Source: Nemertoderma westbladi (taxonomy: Eukaryota > Animalia > Xenacoelomorpha). From it: a stretch of DNA of 64,000 nucleotides. The notes under the pieces are model-generated. The model was not told the DNA's origin. It ran no database searches and saw only the letters and a program-made list of their open reading frames with translations. Shown here piece after piece: positions 37,900 through 50,405 of the stretch. The first letter of the stretch is position 1, and each line of letters opens with the position of its first letter. The stretch is from positions 1-64,000 of the forward strand of contig JAUCBJ010007596.1 in assembly GCA_032718475.1 (NCBI GenBank), in the 5' to 3' direction. The position numbers were made by a program, and so were the translations under genes.

Positions 37900-39086
37900 T
37901 GTAAAAGCTTTTGCGGATATACTCAGTCCCCCTCGCCCGCAAGGTACCGTTATAGGTGTTTTAACGGACATAAAAGTCATTCTTCGATATGTGTGCTTTG
38001 GTGGACATGGTAAGGCAAAAAACCCGCAATGCGTAAAATACCCTGGCACAGCTTAGCCTTGATGATTCAGATTACGACATCTAACAGCTGGTTGCTGACA
38101 TGGAAACGGCCATTGGACACATGGTTCTTTGTTTAGCTTAACAGCCAATCAGAGCGATTTTTTCTGTCGATGTGGAGATTTTTGGCAGATCATGCTAGGA
38201 GTGTTCAGTCTTACTGTTATTCTTGATACTGTTGTGTTGTTTCTATCTAGGCCAGGAACACCGGCTCTAGAGTCAATTCGTTTCAGACTTTAGAAGAAAC
38301 ATTAGTAGGCTTAAGATTATAGAGCGTATAACTGTTATCAGTCCAGTTCATATCATAACATATCTTGTCATATCATATCTTAACCTACCGTCTTAATGCT
38401 TTTTACTGTTGTCATATTTTGTATCAGTTGGTTGAATATTATTTGGAGAACATTTATAAAGAACCCAAATTTCCCAATTTTCTTGATACACTACAGGTTA
38501 GAGAGACAGGTTACATATAGCGATTGCGACTTACATTATTGTGGTTTGTAGTGAATTTAATGCTATTTGATAAGCACTACATGAGTCAGTTGCTGTTCTC
38601 TTTATATATGATAAAATTCATTGACGGTCGGCAAATTAGTGAGCAGTATTGTGTGTTACCGGTAGTGTGCATGATTGTGACTGATAACTAAGCATTTCCT
38701 AAAGAATGCGCCTCATACGTGAATCATAAGCCTTACCGACTTACCGTTGTGTTTAGTACAAGTCATATCTCTGTTTACCTAGATAGAGCGCCACGTCCTA
38801 AAGGAACTGTTAATATTTCCCGAAAGTGAATAATATTGGTCAGAAATTATTTATTAACAATCAATCGAATAATACAGTAAGCTTACACTGCAATAATAAT
38901 CTAAGCCCTCAGAATCCAGTCTCCCGGGTATATCCAGCGGGTGAATGGACGCGCACTAGGCTGGCTTCTGCTAATGTTGTGTTTATGGGTATTAAATATT
39001 TGTCAATTTCTAAAGTCTATTTATAAACCAAAAGACATATAAATTTTGGCAGGTTAAACTGCTAAAGGTCTTCAAAAGCGCGTACA
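37900..39086 (+). repeat. BEL 5' LTR
   Basis: Direct repeat of 54258-55444. CCAAT box (AGCCAATC ~38143) and Inr-like TTCAGTCTT (~38204) are conserved with the diverged copy at 623-5478. Confidence 0.97.
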
Positions 39087-39097
39087 ATAACAGTTAT
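39087..39097 (+). promoter_or_regulatory. Non-tRNA primer-binding site candidate (ATAACAGTTAT), complementary to LTR positions 38328-38338
   Basis: No TGG-type PBS follows the LTR. Perfect 11-nt complement within the LTR. A covarying equivalent exists in the second element (611-622 versus 5077-5088). Confidence 0.7.
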
Positions 39098-39151
39098 TGT
39101 CTTTATTGTAGTAAGCAATAAAGTTGAAAGTACCGGTCGACCGGTAAACCT

Positions 39152-39352
39152 GAACCGGTACTGCTGTAGGTCCGTAGGCCCAACTGCCAGAACCGGTACT
39201 GCTGTAGGTCCGTAGGCCCAACTGCCAGAACCGGTACTGCTGTAGGTCCGTAGGCCCAACTGCCAGAACCGGTACTGCTGTAGGTCCGTAGGCCTAACTG
39301 CCTGAACCGGTACTGCTGTAGGTCTGTAGGCCCAACTGTCCTAACCGGTACT
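39152..39352 (+). repeat. 38-bp tandem repeat (~5.3 units) in BEL leader
   Basis: GAACCGGTACTGCTGTAGGTCCGTAGGCCCAACTGCCA repeated at 38-nt period. Confidence 0.9.
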
Positions 39353-39529
39353 TCCAGTATAAGTACATTAGTATTATTCGATTTTGATTATTGTATACCG
39401 GTAGGTCTTAGTATTTAATCAGGGACTGCAGCCCTGGTTTTTTATTGAGATTTTACTTATTTCTGTCAGTTTTATTTCCTAGTAAGTTAATATTGAGCTG
39501 AAGACGTGTAAGTCTGCTCAGATTGTTCA

Positions 39530-40110
39530 GATAACTGTAGGCCGGACTGTTGTCGGATTGTTGTTGGGTTTGGAGAGATTACGGCGTGTGTAGAGTTTGT
39601 CTGATAAAGTGCCAGTTAGTAAGTTGGGGCAGCCAGAGCTGTAAGGTCAATCCCCTCTTAAAGAATAAGTCGTACTACCGTGTTAGAACGCATACTAACT
39701 AACCATTTTGGAATCTGCACATACTGTAGTTTATTTAGGCTTGACAGTATTCTGCCAGCGTTTTGGCCTGTGTTTGTTTGTGTGGTCTGTTCAGGTACCG
39801 TAATAGTTATTACTCAGATATTTTGTAGGCTGGATTGTTGTCTAGCTATTATTAGGTCTGAAGAGATTGCTGCGTGTGTAGAGTTTGTCTGATAAAGTGC
39901 CAGTTAGTAAGTTGGGGCAGCCAGAGCTGTAAGGTCAATCCCCTCTTAAAGAATAAGTCGTAATACCGTGTTAGAACGCATACTAACTAACCATTTTGGA
40001 ATCTGCACATACTGTAGTTTATTTAGGCTTGGTGGTAGTCTGCCAGCGTTTGGTTTGTATTTTGTTTGAGTATTCTGTACGGGTAGCGTAATATTTATTA
40101 TTCAGAGTTT
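39530..40110 (+). repeat. ~288-bp tandem duplication in BEL leader
   Basis: GCGTGTGTAGAGTTTGTCTGATAAAGTGCC... at 39584 and 39872. Homologous units are also present at 1-350 on the minus strand. Confidence 0.85.
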
Positions 40111-41403
40111 ATGCGATTATTCGCAACATTCATGTCCCCAAGTTTATTCCTACAGTAATTGTGCTTGTTACACATACCGTTATAGTTAAATTAACCCCGG
40201 TACTACACGGGCTGCTTGGCGTAGGTAAAGACTGGGGACTTTGTGCTCCGGTCACTCCAGCAGATGCCGTGGTTCTTTTAACTGTTCAAGTATATTTAAC
40301 TACTGATTATTTGTTGTACCAGTACTTGTACCTAATTTAGGGTTTAGTGTACAGTGCTTTCCGAAGGTAATTAGTGTGTAGGCAGTATATTTGTGTTGTA
40401 AAGTGGTTAATAGGCACGTTGGATCTGGTAGTCCGCGGTAATTAACTTCCAGGTAGGAACACTCCGTGATACATAACGTAGTACCTATAGCGATACGGCT
40501 ATAGGTCGTCAGGCGGTGGTATTTTCCTATCTGGACAGTGCAATATATTTACTACTACTTATTATTTTCAAATACCGTAGTACCCTGTCCGTTGTAATAA
40601 CCAGAATTCTAACACTTTGTTAGGCTGGTTTGTAGACTTCCTGTAAAATTACCCTAAAAATTTCGTACGTAATATTTTGTTGTGTTTAATTAGAGATTTA
40701 ATCTCACCCATATCGTAAGTAATTTGTAGTATTAAGTAACTTAGGTAAATTAGAATTATCTGTTTTAGTGTCCCATAAGTAGCACTTCACTGAGAGCGCA
40801 CAGCTTCTGTGTAGTGACTTCCCCCAGAAATAATAACATTTATTTCAAATATTGACAAAAAAAACCCATTTTAAACGGGTATATAAATATTATAAATCAA
40901 CTCAAACGATTTATAAATAGTAGGCCTGCCATACAACAACTAGGTCTCAATATCAGTTGGACTACTGCTTAAATAACGGTAATAAAGTAAGTTAAAGTAA
41001 CCAAGTAACCCTAAAATATTCAGAAATTCAATTATTCTAAAATAATTGACATACCGGTATTTACCATAGGCTTATTATATTTATTTCTATAAATTTGTGC
41101 TGAAATCATACCGGTATTCTGTAATTAATTCTAGTTCATAATTATACTTATATATCCTATAAGTGTAAGCTGCATACCGGTATTCACGATAGGCTTATTA
41201 TATATTTATATATATTTGTGCTAAAATTATATACCGGTACTCTGTGACAAACCTAGTTTACAATACTTATATATACTATAAGTGTATACCGGTATTCTAA
41301 TATACTGTAATAAATTACCGGTACTAGGCCAACGGTCATACTGAATTACTAGACTTGCTTTAACTGTAACTATAGCAGTAAGCATTCAACTGTATAGCTA
41401 AAC

Positions 41404-44400
41404 ATGTCTGACACCCAGCAAAACCTGTCAGACAGTCTAATCGATACAACCATCTGTGACACAGATAGGAGTGTGGAGCGATTAAGAAAGGAGTTCAGCT
41501 CACCTCCTACTGAAAGAAAGGTCATCCCTCCAGTAGTAGTATCAGACCCTAAGCTAATCCAACACCGTAGGTCTATCATCGGCACTCGGGCCCAAGTCAA
41601 ACGGAACCAGGAAGCAGCTGTCCAACAGCAGCAACATCCTAGTCAAGAAACTTGTTCCCAGCGATCCGATAGCTCCAGTAGTTCGGATACTGTAGAGCTG
41701 ACCCCCGAACGCGGAGTGCAGATGACTGCTACAGCCTACTCGGATCCCCTTCTCACCCTTCCTGCCGCAGTGCTAACTACTATATTGATTGCGGTGGAGG
41801 AACATCAAGCCGATTGGGCGAGAAGTATGTGAGCGACCCAAGATAGTTATGCGGGATATGCCAGGGAAGAATTGATGTCTATTGTCGAGTCACAATGGAA
41901 CTTTCCCGGACCCGGACTCCCGTTAGATTTGTCCGAAGCTACTTGGGAAGACATACACAGGATGGGAGTAACTAAAGATACGATGGATCCAGCTGTTTGG
42001 AAGAGGTCGGCAGCAGGATATGTGCAGGGATTCTTCGGCTCCTTAGAGTGATTAGAAGAACAACTGTTTCGACAACCCCAAGGACCTCAAGAGCAGGAAG
42101 AGCTGCTATATCAAGTACGCGAAAGAACCCTACGCATTAGACTAATCTTGTCAGCCTTTGAGGAAACTTCCAAAAGTAGACAGGACACGTCGCTGCAGGT
42201 TGCTGTCAAGACTTGGTTCCAGCGGGTAAGTCTCAAAGTACAAGAAACTGCCCAGTGGAAATCCCAGCTGGCTGAGAGACCAACCTATGAAGAACCAACC
42301 GATGCCACCCTTTCTCAAGCGGAAAGCGAAGTGACAGCAGAGAGACCGCGAACTAGAGACGCTATCGACATTTATCTGTCCGACTATCAGCGATTCCTAG
42401 GAGACGAAGAGTTGAGGAGACGGCTGTCTGGACTTTCCCCTAATAGTGAAGGAACCCAACTTGTGTTGGACGCAATCGATACTGAGATGATAGCTGCGGA
42501 CCAAGCTAAATTTGATGAACGTCTCCGCATAGCTAGAGCTCAAGAAGAACAAGTAAAGAAAAGGCGGATTGAAGACAAAAAGGCAGCAGCAATAGCAGCG
42601 GCAATGGCAACAGCAGAAGCAGACAGAAAGGCGGAAAGAAAGGCGGCAGAAGCAGCGGCCGAAGCGGAAATAAAAGCGGCGGAGGCAAAAGCAGAAGCAG
42701 ACAGAAAGGCGGCAGAAGCAGCGGCCGAAGCAGACAGAAAGGCGGAAAGAAAGGCGGCGGAGGCAGTGGCAGAAGCAGAACAGAGAGCGTCTGAGGAGAC
42801 CGCCCAGCTGGAGTTAGAAAATCTGCAGGAGACGCAAGACAGCATCGGTAGGCAGTTAACAGACAGTCGAATGCAGATGATGAGTCGATCTACTTCCAAA
42901 CACCAAGGCTATACATCATCGGAGGAAGGGGATACCACCGATCCTGAAGGTGGAGGAAATCAATCTCGTCTCAGTAGACGTAGAAGAACATCTCACCGTC
43001 ATAAATTGCCTGATTTGCCCCCAGCTGTTAGAAGACAATTAGCTAGCACAACAGTAGGTAGTGCAGAACCCACAGACCGAATTATTACCGTCAACAGACT
43101 CCCTACTATAACAGATGAGCCTGAAATAATTAGGCCTTTTCTCGAAGCCACCCCTTCGGTGCTAGAGACACCTGTACTCCCTGAAACAAACTCTAAATTC
43201 CATTTACACAGTACTACACTGCATGTACCCGGTAGAACAGTCCGTGAGAATATCCCTGTCCTGGACGCTGAGAGAGAAATCAAAGATTTGTCTCCCGTCG
43301 TCCCGCGTCAGTCCGCTACAATGTTGGCGACTCCCGCTTTGGCGGTCGAGTGGGTAGAGGAGGGACGGCGGGGGATGAATCTCCTGCTCGGACAGATGCA
43401 GGAGACTGTCCACCAACTTAAGGGAACAGTAAGGGAAGGTAGGGCCGAATTGCAAGAAGTGCAGCAAAGTATCGCGCTAGAACGCGACAAATTAGTCAAC
43501 ATACAAAAGGGTATACCCATACCCCCTGTAACATTGTGTCAACCTGTTAGGTCTGAAGTATTACATGCGCAAGGTGTGGAGCCTACACGCATCTATACTG
43601 CTAGTGAAGTAGAAACTCCTATAGCAAACCCTATTAAGGGTGATTATAAACCTGTTGTTAATGATATTCCCTATAGACCTGATAATGATCCGAGAAATTT
43701 ATATACCGATAATTCGATATTAAATAACACGATGGCCCAAGAAAGCTTTACGCATCAGATGGCTAGAACAGAAGCCCGCCAAGCGGTCAAAGTGGGAGAG
43801 ATCGTCAAATTCAATGGAGATGAGATGAAATGGTTACCTTTCAATGAATATTACAAAGACAGCATACAGAACTCTGTACTATCTAACGGAGAGAAACTTA
43901 GGTTCCTCATCAAGTGCTTGGAAGGACCTCCCAAGTTAATGGCGTTGAAGTTCATTGGACATCCAGAAGGATTAAGACAAGTTTGGGATACATTAAACAT
44001 CAGGTATGGTAACAAGGATAACATAGCTAAGTATTTGTATGCAAAATTAGTAGCCCCCCGAAACTTCCTTAGTAGCGGGATTATAGAGTTTTCTGATGAG
44101 ATTCAGGAGATCTGTAGACAATTGGACTGGTTAGGTAAGTCTCATGAATATCAGAGTTCCATGGTTATTGGAGCAGTAGTCTCTACTTTACCAAAGGGTG
44201 GAGTATGTACACGCTGGGACAAGAAAGTGTTGTATATGAATGAGCAGCAACGACGAAGCCCTACCATGGCTGATCTCATGTCCTTCTTAGATGGTGAAGT
44301 AAAACTACAACTCATCAAGCAGTCCAGAGAAAAAACATCGGAAAATAAGGTAAGTGAGAAACCCGTTTCTAGGAGAAGAGTCACACCGGTGTGTTACACT

Positions 44401-47400
44401 GACGACGGCGAAAGCCAAGCTTCTCAAGAAGAGGACAGCGGGAAAGACACTGATCGATCTTACTACGTTGGCAAAACCTCAAAAGACGTAAGTAAATACA
44501 AGGCTCGAACCAACGATAGGAGAGAACAGGTTGCCAAGACCCCTCCTCAGTCTCCTAACAGAATGCACGGAAGAAAACCCGAAGAAAGAACGAGAGTGCA
44601 TCAGGTTACCCAAGGTAAAGTGAGTAACATAAAACCTAACTGTGCGCTGTGCGACGGGACCCACCGTTTGAGTGCGTGTGCTGAATTTCTAAAGAAATCC
44701 CTTGTAGACAGACGTGCAGTCGTGTGGGATAAGCGGTTATGCTATAATTGCCTCAGACCAGGACACCAACGGCGAACCTGTTACTCCGACGTAAAGTGTG
44801 CAAAGTGTGACGCGAAACATCACATCTTGTTACACAGTGAGTTCGAACGAAACAACCCGAGTAAGGTAAGTGAGCCCGAACTACATGTCCAATTCAGTGA
44901 TGTAAACGACACTGATCAAGAATCTGAGATGGAAGGATTCTATACTGACGAATTCTCCGACGCCAACGAATCCTGTTATCTAATCAATACCGCGGTGTAT
45001 CGAGCACTTACTTATGAAAAGGACACCGACAATGAGTTCCCCCCAACTACTTTTGCCAGACAACCATCTTGGAAAGCTCCAACTTCCAACGTAGGAATCA
45101 GAGAATTTCCTGTAGTGCAGGTAAGAGTTCACGGTCCTAGCAAAAGCTACATAGTGAACGCACTCCTTGACTCCGGCAGCACAGGAACATTCATCGATCA
45201 AGAACTAGCCGAAGATATCTTTGCTGGACAACCAAAATTCCGGACTAAATTGAATATGTCAGGAATTATGCAGGTTTGGAAATCTACCCTAACGGCAGAC
45301 TACTATGTAGGTGTGTTGTCCACCCCCCAGGATAAATTAGGAGCACAAGGTATAAGGTCGGTAAAAATGGTGGCTATAAAGAACTTCGCTACTACTCAAG
45401 CAGACCTTTATAATTGGGACGAGGATGAGAGCATCCAACATCTTAAGATACCTCGATTCCAGACAGATTAGCCTGGAGTGCAAATACTCATCGGCCAAAA
45501 CGCGCATGAGGCGCTCGAGACATTGGAGAAACGGCCTGCTCAACCACAGCCACTGCAAACCTATGCGGTAAGAACTAGAGTAGGTTGGTACTTTACTGGC
45601 CCTTCCCGCAAAACTCTCGAAGAGAGAATGCCACAAGAACGAATATACCAAGTAAACGATTGGGAAGTGGAGAGCAGTGAGGTGGACGAACTAACTGAGG
45701 GAACACCATACTCCTCAGATAATGACGACATCTACCAACTCTTCGATGAAGAGAACACAATCGACCTACTTACAGAAAACAAAACGTGGAAAAACCAGGT
45801 GAACCTATGTCAACTGATTCGCCCATCGGGACCCATTGATTACAATGACGAACTAAATGATGAGATAGAGCGCTACAACGCTAGAACTCGGGACGAACTA
45901 GCCGTACGATTCTTTACTCAAGAACTGGTAGAGCCCAATTCATACGATAAGGCCCTATCGATAGAAGAAGAAAGAGCCAAGCAAATCCAGGAAACAACTA
46001 CACGTTTTTTAAAGGACCAAGGTAGATATGAAATCGGCCTACCATTTCGAAAACGAGAACCTAGATTTATAAATAACAGACCCTTGGCAGAGAAAAGAAT
46101 CGCTCAATTACATAGACGCCTTACGGCTAATGCTTCAGCTAAAGAAATGTACCAAACTCAGTTGAAGAAATTTATAACAAAGGGATACGCGGAGCGAGTA
46201 CCGGAAGGAACACCAGTGACTGAGAGAACGTATTACTTAACACATCATTACGTTCCCAAACCCGGTAAACCCCATGAAGTACGAGTCGTATTCGATGGCT
46301 CTGCTCTATATATGGGCCAATCCCTCAATTCCGATTTGTTACCAGGACCCAACTTACTCCAATCTTTGTTGGGAATACTTTTGAGATTAAGACAATATTC
46401 CATCGCGTTCGCCTCCGATATAGAAGGAATGTTCTTACAAGTCAAGGCGCTGGATAGAGATAGAGACAGCCTGAGATTTCTGTGGTGGCCTGAAGGAGAC
46501 CTCAACCAGAAACCAGTAGAGTACTGGATGACCATCCAGGCTTTTGGGATCATATCAAGCCCTTCCAACGCCTGCTCCGTGGTGCGAACCACTGCGAATG
46601 ACAACCGAGACGCCTTCTCCAAAGAGGTGATAGACAACATCAAACGTAATATATACATGGACGACAATTTAAGGTCCCTTCCATCAGTAGAAGAAGCCAT
46701 AGATGTCGCGAAAGGAACGGTAGAGTGTTTGAAAAGAGGTGGATTTCGACTGAAGAAATTCACCAGCAACTCCCGTGAGTTTCTGGAAGCGATACCGGTA
46801 GAAGACCGAGGAGCGAAAGACCTAGATTTAATAAAGGACGATCTTCCAGAAACCAAGACGCTTGGCTTGAAGTGGGACACTGAAAGAGACATCCTGTTTT
46901 TTCAGCTCAAACAGCGAGATAATCCAGTTCGGACCAAACGGATTTGTTTAAGCATCCTGAGCACTTATTTCGACCCATTGGGATTTATTAGCCCAGTTAT
47001 ATTGATTGCTCGGAGTTTAGTACAACAAATGTGGCTTGAAAACCACTCATGGGACGATCCACTTAAGGGAGAACTGTTAAAGAAATGGATGAAATGGGAA
47101 GATTCTCTACCTGCCATCGAGAGCTTTATAATTTCCCGTGCATATTTTGGTCATGTTCTCCCTACTTATTCCTATCAACTCCATGTGTTTGGAGACGCCA
47201 GCGACATGGGAATAGGTATAGTGGCATATCTGCGAGTCGAAACTCCGGATGGAATCAAGGTCGCCTTGGTTACCTCTAAGGCATTGATTAACAACAAGTT
47301 AAAGGTTCCTCGAGCGGAGTTAAAGGTGGCTTTATACGCTACAGCCATCGGCCGGAACGTAACAGAACAAATCGACTATCCACTGGAGAAAACTGTTTAT

Positions 47401-49539
47401 TGGACCGACGCTTTACTCGTGTTGGAGTATATAACCAATGAAGTCTGTCAGTTCAGCGTTTTTGTTACTAACAGGGTAGCTATTATTCTTAGTCGCACAA
47501 AGATAGATCAATGGAGACATTGCCCTAGTACGATTAATCCAGCCGATATCGCCTCCAGGGGAGCGACTCCACAGGAACTGATAGATACTCCAGACTGGTT
47601 GGGTGGACCCGACTTCCTGAGCAAGGAAGAAGATGAATGGCCTCCTCACCTTACTACGGCGGAGATTAGACAAGCCAAGGGAGCGGAGACAGTCAAACCT
47701 AAAACCCGGGCGAGTAAATCGAAGTTATTTAAACCGACGATCGATCTATCTGTATTACATACTTCCGGGAATGATGCTTCGGATCCACAATCCCTCAACA
47801 CAAATAAGTCTGTTGTGGAAATTAGAGATAGAGATTGGAAATCTGGAATACCAGACGTCTCGCAAGGAATCTCACCCATGCTGCAGAGAGCAATGCATCA
47901 CTACAGTTCCTGGAATCGGCTCTGTAAAGCCGTCACGTATTTAAGGAGATGTTTTCATCATCACTACTCCAGGACGAAGACCATTAGTGATACCGCTCCA
48001 TTGACATCTGCACAAGTTCATGTTATTAAAAATTTACCCAAATATAAAACATCCGACCGGTTTCTAAAGGAGAAAATTAGTCACCAGGAGCATGAAGAAA
48101 CAAATAAGCAGATACTGAGACTCCTGCAATGCTATGAGGATTCCGATAAGTATTTCCTGTTGTTGAGAAATCCGCAGATGCGCTTAAGGGATCGATTCTC
48201 TAGCACAATGATAGATGGGTTAATACGTGTTGGAGGAAGGCTCACCAATGCGCCATTATCCTTTGACACTAAATTCCCCATACTCATTAGAAATCTTGAA
48301 GTACAAATCAAGATGATTGTAGATGTTCACAGTAAACTTTATCATGCTGGTAGAGAACGAGTTCTTAGCGAAATTCGAACGCGCTATTATTTTGATAAAC
48401 CCCGTAGAGCTCTGAACCAAGTTCTTAGGAACTGCATACCCTGTAGGAAAGCATTCAGTAGGCCTTTAACACAGCGAGAGGCAGAATTACCTAGGGAACG
48501 AGTAAGCTTCTATGAACCACCTTTTACTAATACTGGTGTAGATTTATTTGGCCCTATTGAAGTATATCGTGCTAGAACTATAGTCAAGAGATGGTGTGTC
48601 ATCTTCATATGCATGACTTGTAGAGCCATCCATCTCGATATGGTGAACGATCTATCTACCAACAGCTTCGTCTTAAGTTTACGCCGACAGATCGCTCGCT
48701 TTGGGACGAGTAATACCATGAGATCGGATAAGGGAACGAATTTCATTGGTGCCAATAACGAAATACAGGCTTACGTGAAGGACTGGAACCAAAGACAGGT
48801 GGACGATCAGCTAAGGATAACAGCGTCTAGCTGGACCTTCAACGCCGCCGACGCCCCTTGGTGGGGAGGAAGTTGGAGGAGATTAATTAGAAGTGTCAAG
48901 ACCGCATTTCACTTTATAGTGCCATGCCGCGCGTATCTCACCGACGAACTTTTGCGGACATTAATGGAGGAAATAGCTGCCTATCTTAACGAGAGACCGC
49001 TTATGCCAGTCTCATCGAGTCCCGATTCCCTGGAAGCGCTAACACCCGCGCACTTCCTACTGAAGAAACCTGTAGCCATGCTCCCACGATCGGAGATTGC
49101 CGACGGAGACGAATACTGCCGTCGAACTTGGCAACTTATGCAGTTGCTATCCCGTCGTTTCGCTGACCATTTCGAGAAACATTATCTGCCCACGCTACAA
49201 CTTCGAACTAAGTGGTTTGCGCAGAAAGAAAATGTCAGCGCCGGAGATATGGTGCTTATTGTAGATTCAGACCTCCCACGTAAACGGTGGCAGACAGGTC
49301 GTATCATCGAGACTCACATCTCGGATGATGGTTTAGTACGCTCGGTAGAACTCGTCGTCATGCGGCGTAACTTCAAGAAGCCAGGCATAATCTTTGAGAC
49401 GCAACAACTCAACCGCCCAGTTGGTCGTTTATGTTTACTGGAAAGAGACAGAGAACTCTCCGGAAACTATGGAAGGCAAGACACTCTTCCCACGACCACC
49501 TCCCTAATTCCTCAAACATCTAGGGACTCCCCAACGTGA
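41404..49539 (+). pseudogene. BEL/Pao gag-pol polyprotein, single frame with three in-frame stops
   Basis: ORFs 41404, 42148 and 45478 share one frame, with stops TGA 41830, TGA 42049 and TAG 45469. BEL gag core (KFNGDEMKWLPF), three zinc knuckles (CALCDGTH, CYNCLRPGH, CAKCDAKHH), protease ALLDSGS, RT VVFDGS / DIEGMFLQV / YMDD, RNase H FGDAS / PRAEL / NPADIASRG, integrase H..H..CIPC, GVDLFGP and SDKGTNF. Confidence 0.95.
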
Positions 49540-50405
49540 TACGTCTGGAGTGGGTGTATGACTATATTGTTTTATCTATTTTTATTATATTTTTATATGC
49601 GAACTTTATTATGTACTTTATTATAATCGTTTTTATTCAATTTTATTTAGTAGAAGGTTATTTTAGATTATTTGGTAGATTAGTGCAATATATTAGTGTT
49701 TATTACGTAATTACATATATAATATATATTTAGTATGACGGCGAGAAATAATTTTTCTCTTTCCTTACTGTCCGTATCATATTATAAATACGTGACTACA
49801 GTAAGATGAAATGTCCGTACTTATTAAAGTACAATAAAGCCACTACTATATTCAAGTATTATTGGTAGGCAGAGTATTAGGAATGCAAAGTTCAGATCCT
49901 CGTGTCTCGGCTAAACCAAGCTCTGGGTAGACCTTGGAAACGACTTGCCTCTTCACACTGACATTGCTTCGTGCGATATTGCTCTTCTACCTTATATTAA
50001 ATAATACATATAGTAGCGTGATGTACATATAACAGTAGCGTAAAACGCAAATAAATCTGTTAAACCTTTTGACCATCTGTAATTCTAGTCGATTAAGATA
50101 TCGCGGCACCCACCGATATACTTGAAAGACAAATTCTAGAATCAGTGGTTGACGTCCCCAGACAAGTTCTGGAATAAATCGGTGCCCATCTTAAATATTA
50201 ATTTAATATTTATTAAAATCTGTAAAATTCAGATCCTTTAAAATTTCTAGTCAATTAAGATATCGTAGCACTTACCGATACTCTTAAAAGACAATTTTAG
50301 AGAATTAAGGATCCTCGGTCCCCAGACATGCTCTGGAATGAAATTGTGTCAATTTTACCATCAAATAATAAAATTCACGGGAATAAATTTAAATTCATAT
50401 CTTAA

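Noticed and set aside
38270-38346. Possible hammerhead ribozyme on the minus strand (CTGATAA...GAAAC) near the primer segment
   Set aside because: The core deviates from CUGANGA, the stems cannot be completed, and it is not conserved in the diverged LTR.
39152-39352. Regular short repeats resembling a CRISPR array
   Set aside because: Head-to-tail 38-bp units with no unique spacers, inside a eukaryotic retrotransposon leader.
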